Below are positions 48,299 to 57,948 of a stretch of DNA of 64,000 nucleotides, piece by piece. This stretch comes from an uncultured delta proteobacterium (GTDB taxonomy: Bacteria; Desulfobacterota; Syntrophorhabdia; Syntrophorhabdales; WCHB1-27). The position numbers and the translations under genes were made by a program. The stretch covers positions 160,001 through 224,000 of the forward strand of contig CAWEPK010000010.1 of assembly GCA_963810935.1 (NCBI GenBank), in the 5' to 3' direction. Every line of letters begins with the position of its first letter. Position 1 is the first letter of the stretch. Under the pieces are notes generated by a model that was not told where the DNA came from, did not search any database, and saw only the letters and a program-made list of their open reading frames with translations.

Positions 48299-49638
48299 GA
48301 ACAATAAAGCACGTCTCATTCGGAGAAACCGCAAAGAATGTAATTGCCGCGCCGCTTCATCACCCTGTCTGGCTTCCCGCCATGGCTTTTTCCGTTCTCC
48401 TCCTATTAATGCAGAGCCTCCTCGGCTCGGGCCTCGACCTCTACGTGCTGATCCTTTTTCCGATAGGCCTGGCGTGTGCCTATCTTCTCCTGAAATATCC
48501 GGAGGTCACCCTCGCCCTCTTTCCCATCGTAGGCGGCATAAAGGCGCACCCGTTCCTCGTTTCCCTCGGGATCCCCGACATGACGCTCGTATTCGCCGGC
48601 CTCGTTGCGCTCTCCTGTCTGCTCGACATGATCGTAAGGAAGGAGCGCTTCTCGTTGCCTGCGGCCTTTGCGCTTTATCTCCCGTTCGTCATAATGATCC
48701 CGATCAGCCTTACCTATACGATCGATTTCGCAGGCGGACTGGATAAGGCGGGCCGCTTCTTCATCTTAGGCGGCCTGGTCATCGTCGCGCCCTTCGTCGC
48801 CCTCAATACGCCGGTAAGGTTTCGCAGGTTCTTTTATGTTTTATTGATAACGGGGTTGCTTGAAGTCGTCAGTGCTATCTTCGACCCCCAGACTGCTGAA
48901 AGGCTCAGCTCGCCGGGCGGTCTTGCCGTCCACCTCGGCTACTACGCCGCAATCGGCATCGCTGTCGTGATCTTCCTCGGCCTGGCTAAGTCATCGCTCA
49001 AGCATCGGCTGCCCTTCTATCTGCTCTTCCCTATCCTGTTTTACGGGCTTATAGGCTCGGGCGTCCGCAGGTCGCTCGTCGGCGTGCTTATCATCGGCGT
49101 GCTCGCCGTTTTCTTTTACCGGCAGCTCGCGTTCGATTTCCTGCTGCTCGGCCTCGGTTCCTTTATCGTCCTGAGCCTGCTGCCTATTCCCGATTTTTCC
49201 CTCGATTACCTGGGCACGCTCATTAACATGTCCCCCAGCATGCTGTACGAGGGCAGGCAGCACCTGCTCAACCTGGGGCTGAACGCAGCCGCGCTCAGCC
49301 CGTTTACCGGCGTGGGCATCGGCGCGTTCCGCTTCTTTACGCCGAATCCGGTCATCTACGACTACCCGCACGTCCTGCTCGTGGAGATATTTTGCGAGCT
49401 TGGTATTTTCGCGGCCGTCTCTGTTATGCTCCTGCAACTTTACACCTTGTACAAGATCCTCCACAGCGCAGTCTACACGCAGACATTAGTGAGGAAAGAA
49501 ATGCTGATGGCGATGGCGTTCCTCGTGCTCGGTCTGGTCGACTCCTCCGTCTCCGGCGATATTAACAACGTACGGCTCATGTGGCTGGCCATGAGCCTGC
49601 CCTTCGTCGTCAGCAGGATGAAAGGGAGCGAGGCGTAG
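48295..49638 (+). CDS. O-antigen ligase / Wzy-like polymerase
   Basis: Many TMs; SG.RR, PFTGVG.GAF, YPH...VEI.CELG motifs. Confidence 0.85.
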   Translation: MRTIKHVSFGETAKNVIAAPLHHPVWLPAMAFSVLLLLMQSLLGSGLDLYVLILFPIGLACAYLLLKYPEVTLALFPIVGGIKAHPFLVSLGIPDMTLVFAGLVALSCLLDMIVRKERFSLPAAFALYLPFVIMIPISLTYTIDFAGGLDKAGRFFILGGLVIVAPFVALNTPVRFRRFFYVLLITGLLEVVSAIFDPQTAERLSSPGGLAVHLGYYAAIGIAVVIFLGLAKSSLKHRLPFYLLFPILFYGLIGSGVRRSLVGVLIIGVLAVFFYRQLAFDFLLLGLGSFIVLSLLPIPDFSLDYLGTLINMSPSMLYEGRQHLLNLGLNAAALSPFTGVGIGAFRFFTPNPVIYDYPHVLLVEIFCELGIFAAVSVMLLQLYTLYKILHSAVYTQTLVRKEMLMAMAFLVLGLVDSSVSGDINNVRLMWLAMSLPFVVSRMKGSEA

Positions 49639-49640
49639 AA

Positions 49641-51494
49641 ATGTGCGGCATCTGCGGGTTTGCAGGCAACCCGGAAAACGTTGACCGCCTCTCGATGCTC
49701 GCCGCCTTGTCCCACCGGGGACCGGACGATACGGGAGAGCACTGCGAAGAGATACAGTGGGGGAAGCTCTGGCTCGGCCACAAACGCCTTTCTATCCTCG
49801 ACCTCTCACCCGCCGGGCACCAGCCGATGGCTTACGCAGATGGAAGGCTATGGATAACGTTCAACGGCGAAATTTACAATTTCCATGACATAAGACGGGA
49901 GCTGGAAGGGCACGGTTACGCCTTCTCGACCCGTGCAGACACGGAGGTCGTGCTCGCCGCCTGGCACAAATGGGGGCCTGAGTCCGTCGGCCGGTTCGTC
50001 GGGATGTTCGCCTTTGCTATCTGGGACAGAAACGATGCGTGCCTCTGGCTGGCCCGGGACAGGCTCGGGGAAAAGCCGCTTTATTATACTGCGCAGCCGG
50101 GCAGGTTCCTCTTCGCCTCCGAGGTCCGGTCGCTCCTTGCCTCCGGCGTAGTGGAGCGCAGGATCGACGGCGACGGCCTCGATTCGTACCTCTGCTTCGG
50201 GAGCCTTTGCCAGCCTTACACGATGGTCCGCAACGTACGCTCTTTGGAGGCGGGCCGCGTCATGAAGGTGCAAAAAGACCTAAGCGACGTACGGACATAC
50301 TGGTCCCTCGGCGCAATCACGGAAGAACAGGGTAAACCGGAGGAGCGCATCGAAAAGATGCTGGGGCTTCTGAACGATTCGGTGCGGCTCTGTATGGTAT
50401 CCGATGCGCCCGTGGGCCTGCTCCTTTCTGGCGGCGTGGATTCGACGACTACCCTGGCCCTCCTGCGCAGCCAGGGCTTCGACGATCTTTCCACCTTCAC
50501 CGTTGTCTTCGACGAGAACCCGGCTTTCAGTGAAGACCGATGGGCGAAAAAAGCGGCGGAGCATTTCGGCACGAAGCACACGAGGATACCCGTGAGCATG
50601 AAGGACGCCATGGAGCTTCTGCCGGACGCGGTCGAATCGATGGACCAACCCTCGATCGACGGCACGCAGACGTACATCGTATCGAGGGTGATAGCGCGAA
50701 GCGGCCTTAAAGTCGCCCTCTCCGGCCTCGGTTCCGACGAGCTTTTCTTCGGTTACCGTTTTTATCACCACTTCGAACATCTCCTGACGCTGTCGAAGAT
50801 AAGGCCGCTCCATTTGGGCCTCTCCCTCTTTGCAGGCATGATGCGCCTGCCGCCTTTGAAGAACCGCCTCACGTCCGCTGCCGCGAGGGCGCGGAAGCTC
50901 CTCGACCTTTATGCTGCGGGCAGCAGGGAGGCGGCCGCCTACCTGACCTGGCAGTCGGTCTTCAATTACGACGAGATAAACCGGCTGCGCGGCGGCAAGA
51001 CGCTATCCCCTTCGAGGTTCGTGAAGTGCGCGCCCGCGCAGAGCGCCCTGGCCACCCTGTCCAGGCTAGACCTCGATAACTACATGAGAAATACGCTCTT
51101 GTGCGATGCCGACCAGATGAGCATGGCCAACTCCCTGGAATTGCGGGTGCCTTTCCTCGACTACCGTCTGGTCGAGCTTGTCAGCGGGCTTCCGACGTCC
51201 GTCAGGCTCGGCGACGGCAGGTACAAACAGCTCCTGGTTGACGCGGTCAACCACCCGTTGGTCTACGAGACGGCGGCCAGGCCGAAGTCCGGGTTCGAGC
51301 TGCCCCTCGGCGCCTGGCTGCGCAACGGTTTTCGGATGGGTGAGGTCAGACCCGACGTACTCGGGCTTGACGGCAAAGAGGTCGCGGGTGTCGTGGGACG
51401 TTTCCGGTCCGGAGAAAAGTACACGCGGTACTGGTCACTGCTGGTCCTTTCGAACTGGCTGGACAGGATGGGCATGTCCCCCTGCACCGGCTGA
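49641..51494 (+). CDS. asnB: Asparagine synthase-like amidotransferase (glycan amidation)
   Basis: MCGI start, HRGPD, RLSILDL, FNGEIYN, RDRLGEKPL, LSGGVDS, ELRVPFLD. Confidence 0.93.
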   Translation: MCGICGFAGNPENVDRLSMLAALSHRGPDDTGEHCEEIQWGKLWLGHKRLSILDLSPAGHQPMAYADGRLWITFNGEIYNFHDIRRELEGHGYAFSTRADTEVVLAAWHKWGPESVGRFVGMFAFAIWDRNDACLWLARDRLGEKPLYYTAQPGRFLFASEVRSLLASGVVERRIDGDGLDSYLCFGSLCQPYTMVRNVRSLEAGRVMKVQKDLSDVRTYWSLGAITEEQGKPEERIEKMLGLLNDSVRLCMVSDAPVGLLLSGGVDSTTTLALLRSQGFDDLSTFTVVFDENPAFSEDRWAKKAAEHFGTKHTRIPVSMKDAMELLPDAVESMDQPSIDGTQTYIVSRVIARSGLKVALSGLGSDELFFGYRFYHHFEHLLTLSKIRPLHLGLSLFAGMMRLPPLKNRLTSAAARARKLLDLYAAGSREAAAYLTWQSVFNYDEINRLRGGKTLSPSRFVKCAPAQSALATLSRLDLDNYMRNTLLCDADQMSMANSLELRVPFLDYRLVELVSGLPTSVRLGDGRYKQLLVDAVNHPLVYETAARPKSGFELPLGAWLRNGFRMGEVRPDVLGLDGKEVAGVVGRFRSGEKYTRYWSLLVLSNWLDRMGMSPCTG

Positions 51495-51520
51495 TTTAGC
51501 AACTTCATCACAAAACAACC

Positions 51521-53027
51521 ATGGGGCAGGTCGAGACGAAACGGAAATCGGCAGCGCGGAAGACCATCGCGGACTTGCGGTTTTATTTTCCCGTTATCGC
51601 AGCCCAGGGGGTTATGGGCCTGGTCTGCGCGGCGCTGGCCACAAAGCTCTTTCCTCCCGAGGACTACGGTAGGTACGTACTGGCCTTCGCCGTTTATTCG
51701 CAGCTTACCCTGATCACGTCACTATGGCTACAGTTCTCGATCATCCGTTTCGCTCCTTATTACCGGGCGAAAGGCCTGTTCGACGAGTTCGCTTCGACCG
51801 TCTTCTTCACCGAGGTCCTTTTCATATGTTTCCTTGGGCTTGTCCTCCCCTTCGCGGTGCCGGTTGTCTCCGGAAGCTCGGACGGCCGCCTGACTTTCCT
51901 TTTGACCGTCGCGGCCATAGCGGCGCTTATCATCCCCTTCGTCGCGGCAGTGGAACAGTTTTACAGGATCGACGACCGCCCGAAGGCATACTCGTTCATG
52001 GTCCTTTTCAGGATCCTCTGCGGCCCGGCGCTAGGCATTTTTCTTGCCAGGCCCATGCGCCTCGGCATGGCAGGCTTCTTTTCAGGCATCGTCGCGCCCC
52101 AACTTGTGCTCTGCCTGGTCCTGCTTATCGCGAAAAGACGGAGGGTAAAATCACTTTTCGCGCGCCACTCTATCTCGCCGGCCATCCTGAAGGAGCTGCT
52201 CCTCTACAGCGCGCCGGGCGTCGCCCTCGCCACCCTTGCCTCCTCCCTTGTGCTCTCCGACCGCTACCTGCTCGCCTGGTACACGGGCGCGTACGCCCTC
52301 GCAGTTTACAGCATCGCTTACACGATAGGCAATCAAGGGGTGGAGCTCGATCACCACGGTGCTGATAGGGGCGGCCGATCCCATTGCAATGAGGCTGTGG
52401 GAGGAACAGGGGGCGGCAAAAGCGCACCCGTACATAGGCCAGATACTTCGGTATTACTCCATCCTTGCGATACCCGCGGTAGTGGCCCTTGCCGTGCTCG
52501 GCCGGCAGTTGATCCCGATACTTGCGACAGGGGCCTACAAAGAGGGCTGGCCCGTCATAGGATACGTCGCCCTGGGCGTGCTGTTTTGCGGCTACGCCCA
52601 GATACTGAGTAGGCTCTTCTTTTTCGAAAAGCGGACGACGACGCCGCTTTTGCTTTTCGGCATAGCGGCGGCCGCCAATATCCTGATAAACGTCCTTCTT
52701 CTGCCGCACTTCGGCTACATCGCGGCCGCCTGGTCGAAGGTGGCCGGATACCTGCTGCTCCTCGTCATGGTGTCGCTCGCTGCGAGGGCATCGGCTTCCG
52801 TCGGCTTCGGCTTCCGCCCCTACCTGCGCATGGCGGGCAGCGCGCTGTTCATGGGCATACTTATTTACACGATAAGGGACGCCTTCGCCTTCGCCTGGCT
52901 CAACCTGGCGCTCTGCCTGCCGGTCGGCGCCGCATCTTATTTTTCGGGTCTGGTTTTGACGGGCGAGATAAAAATCAAACACGCGGGCGGGACGCTCCAA
53001 AACCTGACATCACTGCTCAAGACTTAA
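51521..53027 (+). CDS. Wzx/MATE-type flippase (apparent +1 frameshift at ~52348)
   Basis: PEDYG.Y, SDRYLL..Y....AVYSIAY, NIL.N.LL.P.FG.IAAAW. Removing one base joins ORFs 51521 and 52359 (VELITTVLIGAAD). Confidence 0.88.
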
Positions 53028-53056
53028 CGGCCTAAAGCCACAAGGGGGTGTGCATC

Positions 53057-54037
53057 ATGAAGATAGAGATAGCCTCAATCGGCGAGGCGGATTACGCGTC
53101 CTGGGATAATTTCGTCGCGACGTCGGCAAACGGAACGCTCTTCCACAAGTCGTACTGGCTGAAGGCTTCCGGCAGGCCGTTCGATCTCTGGGGCGCGTAC
53201 AAATCGGGGAACCTGGTGGCCGGTTACGTCGCTTCCCGCAAGAGCCTGCTCGGCCGGCCCATGGTCGCGGCCCCGTACCTTTCGGCCTATGCCGGGCTTA
53301 TCATGAAGAATCCCGAAGGCAGTACCGTGCATCGGATCTCTTTCCAACAGGAGACCGCCTCGGCATTCGCACGGTTTCTGCCGGAGAAATATGCCTGGGG
53401 CATATCCCTCTTTTCACCGGGCATAGATTATATGCTCCCCTTCATCTGGGACAATTTTACCGTCAGGCCCTGGTACACGTACGTCCTCGATATCTCGGAC
53501 CCTGAGAAAGTCTGGGCGGGGATCGACGGCGAATGGCGGCGCGAGATAAAAAAGGCGAAGGCCGCGGGCGTCCACGTGGTTGCCGACGTCCCCTTCGAGA
53601 AAATAGTAGAAGTGGTCAACAAGAGCTACGAAAGGCAGGGCCTGCGCTTCAGGAGCGAAGCCGCCGAGCCTTACTTCAGGGAGCTTATCATGAGGAAGCA
53701 GTGCAAGTCTTTTTTATGCGTCGACGGAAACGGCCACGATCTGTCTGGCGCGTACGCGGTCTGGGACGATAAAAGGGTCTATTCCATCCTCCAGGGTTTT
53801 ACCGACGAGCGCACCTACACGGGCGCTTCGCCTCTTTGCAAATGGGAGATGATGCAGTTCGCATCGGCGGCAGGCATAAAAGAGATGGACCTGGAAGGGA
53901 CGATGCTGCCGAGGCTGGAGGCGTTTCACAGGCGCTTCGGCGGCAAGCTGACCAACCATTACGAGATCAGATGGGGTAAGGCCATAGAAGCGCTGGTCTC
54001 TGTCAACCGCTTTCTCGCCCGCGTGCGCAAATCATGA
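53057..54037 (+). CDS. FemAB-like GNAT acyl/aminoacyl-transferase
   Basis: WDNFV....GT.FH...WL, YTYVLD, RREIKKA, DLEG....LE.F...FGG. Confidence 0.8.
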   Translation: MKIEIASIGEADYASWDNFVATSANGTLFHKSYWLKASGRPFDLWGAYKSGNLVAGYVASRKSLLGRPMVAAPYLSAYAGLIMKNPEGSTVHRISFQQETASAFARFLPEKYAWGISLFSPGIDYMLPFIWDNFTVRPWYTYVLDISDPEKVWAGIDGEWRREIKKAKAAGVHVVADVPFEKIVEVVNKSYERQGLRFRSEAAEPYFRELIMRKQCKSFLCVDGNGHDLSGAYAVWDDKRVYSILQGFTDERTYTGASPLCKWEMMQFASAAGIKEMDLEGTMLPRLEAFHRRFGGKLTNHYEIRWGKAIEALVSVNRFLARVRKS

Positions 54038-55572
54038 CCATGCGCCTCCTTATACATATCGACTCCGACATGTCCGGCCGGGAAATCGCGAGGAGCGCCT
54101 ATAGCTGGTCCCTCATTGCAAGGTCGCTGGGGATAGCCGCGGTTATTACGGACAGGACGGGCGGGCGGGGAGACCGCAGCGGCACGTGGTTTACGGTATG
54201 GTACGCGAGGCAGGCCCCGGCGGGGCGGCAGTACGACCTGTTCATTCCCCGCGTGCCCGTGCGGGGGACTGCTGCATTCAAGCGCCTGGGCGGCATGCAC
54301 CTTTTGTGCGGCATTGACGAGCCTGAGTTCGCAGCAAACGGCAACGAGCTTGGATTCGATATCATCTCGGCCATCTTTCACCTCGCTTCCGGCAGCGAGG
54401 AACACCGGGGGTCCGTCCGCGACGCGCTGGGCAGGCTCGATGAAAAACATTCTTTTCTTTGCTCGCACGGCGTCGCCGGGCTTCCATTGGTCGATCTCTA
54501 TATCCGGCTGCTCAAAGAACGGATAGCCGCGAAAGAGGGCGCGCCCCCGTTGGAGGCAAGCTGGCCGGGCGGGAAGAAGTTCGCCCTGGCCCTCTCCCAC
54601 GATATTGACAGCGTGACCGGTAACAGCTTAACGGCGGTCCGGAACAGCTTTGCGAGGGCCGCAGCAGAGAAATCTGCGGCAGGGAAGATACGCATGTCTG
54701 CCGCAGCGCTCCGAAGGGCGGCTGCGCTGCCCCTTAGGTATGCCCTCGGCCTTCCGCCCTGGCTGACCAGGATGGAACGCGGGCTCGAGGCCGCCTGCCG
54801 CATCGAGGAGCGCTATTCCGTGCGCTCGACGTTTTTCGTCTTCTCCCCGCGCCTGCGGCCGGCCCACCCTCTTGACGACCCATATTCCCCAAAGGATAAG
54901 ATCCGTTACGCGGGGATTTGGACGAACTTCCTCGATGTGCTGAGCACAATCGGCCGCTTCGGGTGGGAGGTCGGCCTCCACGGCAGCTTCAGGAGCCATT
55001 CCGACCCCGTTATGCTCGGCCGCCAGAAGCAGGCGCTGGAATCGGCCGTCGGCCTTCCTGTGCGCTCCGTCCGGCAGCACTACCTTTGCTTCGAGAACGA
55101 CTCGACGTGGATCGCCCAGGAGGCAGCCGGCTTCTACTGCGACTCCACGCACGGGTACAACAGGCTCTCCGGCTTCAGGGGTTCGTGCTGCCTGCCTTTC
55201 CGGCCGTACAGCCTTTCGCAGGGCCGCGAGCTGGGCATGTGGGAGGCCCCGCTCAACGTTCAGGATTGCGCTATCGATATGCATCAAATCGGCGAGGAGA
55301 ACGCATGCATGCGCGCGCTCGACCTGCTGTCAATTGTGGCGGGGGTGGGCGGAGCGGCTACGATCTCGTGGCACCTCGACCGGTTCTCCGACCCTCGTTA
55401 TCGCGGTCTCGGAAGCATGTACGAGCGCATCATCTCATGGGCAGAGGAGAAGGACGCCTTCATCGGCTCGGTGAGACAGGTAATGGATGCATGGGAAAAG
55501 AGATCCGCGGGCGCAAGTGTCGAGCTCGACCTCGAAGGAGGCCGGATGGAGGCAGCCAAGCATGGACATTGA
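54034..55572 (+). CDS. Polysaccharide deacetylase family protein with N-terminal extension
   Basis: DIISAIF..SG.EE....D..GR, LSHDID, STFF, EVGLHGS, RQHYL, DSTHG, GFRG.C.PF. Confidence 0.85.
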   Translation: MTMRLLIHIDSDMSGREIARSAYSWSLIARSLGIAAVITDRTGGRGDRSGTWFTVWYARQAPAGRQYDLFIPRVPVRGTAAFKRLGGMHLLCGIDEPEFAANGNELGFDIISAIFHLASGSEEHRGSVRDALGRLDEKHSFLCSHGVAGLPLVDLYIRLLKERIAAKEGAPPLEASWPGGKKFALALSHDIDSVTGNSLTAVRNSFARAAAEKSAAGKIRMSAAALRRAAALPLRYALGLPPWLTRMERGLEAACRIEERYSVRSTFFVFSPRLRPAHPLDDPYSPKDKIRYAGIWTNFLDVLSTIGRFGWEVGLHGSFRSHSDPVMLGRQKQALESAVGLPVRSVRQHYLCFENDSTWIAQEAAGFYCDSTHGYNRLSGFRGSCCLPFRPYSLSQGRELGMWEAPLNVQDCAIDMHQIGEENACMRALDLLSIVAGVGGAATISWHLDRFSDPRYRGLGSMYERIISWAEEKDAFIGSVRQVMDAWEKRSAGASVELDLEGGRMEAAKHGH

Positions 55573-56701
55573 TATCTGCAGAAGCGCGCAGGACCTCGAA
55601 CGGATGCGGACAGAGTGGGACAGCCTGCTCGATAGGAGCGAAAACCGTGACGTGCTCCATTCGCATCTCTGGTACGCCTCCTGGGGCGAGGCTTTCACCC
55701 GGCCCGGCGATATGCTGGTCCTCTCCGCAAGAGAAGGGGGAAGGCTGAAGGCGGTGCTGCCATTGATGAAACGGCGCTACCGGAGGGGCGGGCTCGCCAT
55801 AAACGGCCTTGCATCGATGACGAACCGCTGCTCGGCTCTTTTCGACCTCCTCTCGGACGACCCCTCGCCCGGACTGCTGGGCGCCCTTTTCCGCAAGGCC
55901 TTCAAATCGACACACCGAGCCATAATAACCCTCGAAAAGATCAGCGGAGATTCGCTCGTTATGAGACATATAGAGGCAGCGGCTGAGGCAGGCCGTTTTC
56001 TGTACCTCGCCCGGCCGGTCACGGAAAGCTGGACGGTGCACATCGACTCGGCCTTCGAGCCGTTCTTCAACGGCCGGGAGTCGAAGTTCAAAAAGAACAT
56101 GCGTGCGGCAGAGAGAAAGTCGGCAGTCAACGGCCCGCTCAAGCTGTTTCAACCCACCGGGCCTGAGGAGCTCGGCGCCTATCTCGACCGGGGTTTCTTG
56201 CTCCAGTCGAACGGATGGAAGGGCCGCGAGGGCACGGCGATCATGCAGAACGAGCAGGCGCAGAAGTTCTATAAAAGCATTGCTGCGAAAGGCTTCGAGG
56301 CAGGATGGCTCCGCTACATGCTGCTGGCGAGCAACGGCGACGATATGTCTTTCATGTACTGCCTGGGGGCATTCGGCACCATCCACGCGCTTGAGATAGG
56401 CATGGACGAGCGCTTCAGGAACCTGGGAGCGGGGATGGTCGTCACAAAGAAGATGCTGGAGCAGGTCTTCGCCGAAAAGCAGTTCGACGCATGGGACTTC
56501 GGCGAGGGGCGCGACAGGTGGAAAAGGGACTGGTCCAACGGCAGGGAATTGAAGTACAACCTCTTCGTCTTCCCGAAGAACCCCCTGGGTATCTTCCTCC
56601 ACACCTGCGCCCGGTATTACGATAACCGCCACCCATACCACCCGTTCGGCGAGGAAGAGACCGGCGAGGGTGCTAAAGACCCCAAGGAGGAGAGGCAATG
56701 A
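55562..56701 (+). CDS. CelD/BcsL-like GNAT acetyltransferase
   Basis: EWDSL, W...W, VLPL, GWKG..GTA, DFGEG.D.WK.DW. Confidence 0.82.
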   Translation: MDIDICRSAQDLERMRTEWDSLLDRSENRDVLHSHLWYASWGEAFTRPGDMLVLSAREGGRLKAVLPLMKRRYRRGGLAINGLASMTNRCSALFDLLSDDPSPGLLGALFRKAFKSTHRAIITLEKISGDSLVMRHIEAAAEAGRFLYLARPVTESWTVHIDSAFEPFFNGRESKFKKNMRAAERKSAVNGPLKLFQPTGPEELGAYLDRGFLLQSNGWKGREGTAIMQNEQAQKFYKSIAAKGFEAGWLRYMLLASNGDDMSFMYCLGAFGTIHALEIGMDERFRNLGAGMVVTKKMLEQVFAEKQFDAWDFGEGRDRWKRDWSNGRELKYNLFVFPKNPLGIFLHTCARYYDNRHPYHPFGEEETGEGAKDPKEERQ

Positions 56702-57885
56702 CGCGCCCGGCAGCGCAAGCCTATTGCGAGTGGCGGCCCTCCCGTATGCAGGAGTTGCATGGGAGCGTCCGAAGGGCCGGTTGGGCCGGCTCGTGGTTCC
56801 CCGAAAGCGAGGTCCATTTTACGTACAGAGGCAGGACGGCGCTCCGCCGCCTTTGCGACATCATGGGGCTCGCAGGGTCGGAGGTCCTTGTGCCCGCTTA
56901 CAATTGCGGCGCAGAGACGGAGCCTTACATCGACGGTGGCGCAAAGATAGTCCCCTACCGCGTGGACTACGGGGCGCAGGTAGACATCGAAGACATACGC
57001 AGATGCATATCCGAAAGGACGAAGGCGCTCCACGTGACCTATTATTTCGGCTTCCCCCAGCCGATCGACGAGATCAGGGGCTTGTGCCTCAAGAACGACA
57101 TCTTTCTTATCGAAGACTGCGCGCTTGCCCTTTTCAGCGGCTTCAAGGGAAAGAAACTGGGGAGCTGGGGGGACGCTGCAATCTTCAGCCTGCCGAAAAG
57201 CCTTCCTCTGACGGACGGCGGCGCGCTTGTCATAAACAACCCGCGCCTGCGCACTTCATGGCAGAAGAGGCACGTCCCGCTGATGCGGACTGCGAGGGGA
57301 GCGATCTCACTATCCGCCGCAGCGCTCTTAAGGAGGCTTTCGGTGAGCGACGTCCTGCACGCCATTTTTCTATCGCTCCATAGCCGGCGTGTAGCCAAAG
57401 AGCTGGCATCGATGCCGTCAGTGCCGGAGACGGACGTCCTGCCCGATGTCGCACGGTGGATGCACTATTCCGAGGATTTTAGGGACAGGGCGCTGTCGGG
57501 CCTGTCCGGGCGCCTGCTGAAAGCAGTCGATGAGAAGGAGGTCGTCCGTCTTCGCCGCCGCAATTATACGCTCCTGGCCTCTCTTCTTCCCGACCGGCCG
57601 GACCTCAAGCCTCTCTATGCAGACCTTCCTCCGGATGTATGCCCCCTTGGCCTGCCCGTCCTGTGTAACGACCGGGAACGGCTCTACAAGTCCTTGCTCG
57701 CATCGGGCATATGGAGCGCCATATGGTGGCCCGGCTTCCCGAGGAACATGGACTGGGGCCCCTTTTCAGCAGCGCGCTTCCTGAAAAACCATGTGCTGTT
57801 GCTGCCAGTCCACCAGGGCTTGCGCGGGAAGGATATAGAACAGATTGCCCGCGCCCTGGCGGCAGGGATAGAAGACCTTACGTAG
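56698..57885 (+). CDS. DegT-like PLP-dependent aminotransferase (divergent)
   Basis: GRTAL, VPAYNC, YFGFPQ, IEDCA, FSLPKSLP..DGG, RR.NY, LPVHQ. Confidence 0.82.
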   Translation: MTRPAAQAYCEWRPSRMQELHGSVRRAGWAGSWFPESEVHFTYRGRTALRRLCDIMGLAGSEVLVPAYNCGAETEPYIDGGAKIVPYRVDYGAQVDIEDIRRCISERTKALHVTYYFGFPQPIDEIRGLCLKNDIFLIEDCALALFSGFKGKKLGSWGDAAIFSLPKSLPLTDGGALVINNPRLRTSWQKRHVPLMRTARGAISLSAAALLRRLSVSDVLHAIFLSLHSRRVAKELASMPSVPETDVLPDVARWMHYSEDFRDRALSGLSGRLLKAVDEKEVVRLRRRNYTLLASLLPDRPDLKPLYADLPPDVCPLGLPVLCNDRERLYKSLLASGIWSAIWWPGFPRNMDWGPFSAARFLKNHVLLLPVHQGLRGKDIEQIARALAAGIEDLT

Positions 57886-57889
57886 GAAG

Positions 57890-57930
57890 GGGCAGGCACT
57901 GCTCCGGGCAGTCCGAAGCAGTGCCTGCCC
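57890..57930. terminator. Strong hairpin between convergent genes (probable terminator)
   Basis: Perfect 14-bp inverted repeat GGGCAGGCACTGCT (57890-57903) / AGCAGTGCCTGCCC (57917-57930); no strong U tract. Confidence 0.6.
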
Positions 57931-57948
57931 GCAAACCATCTACACCTC

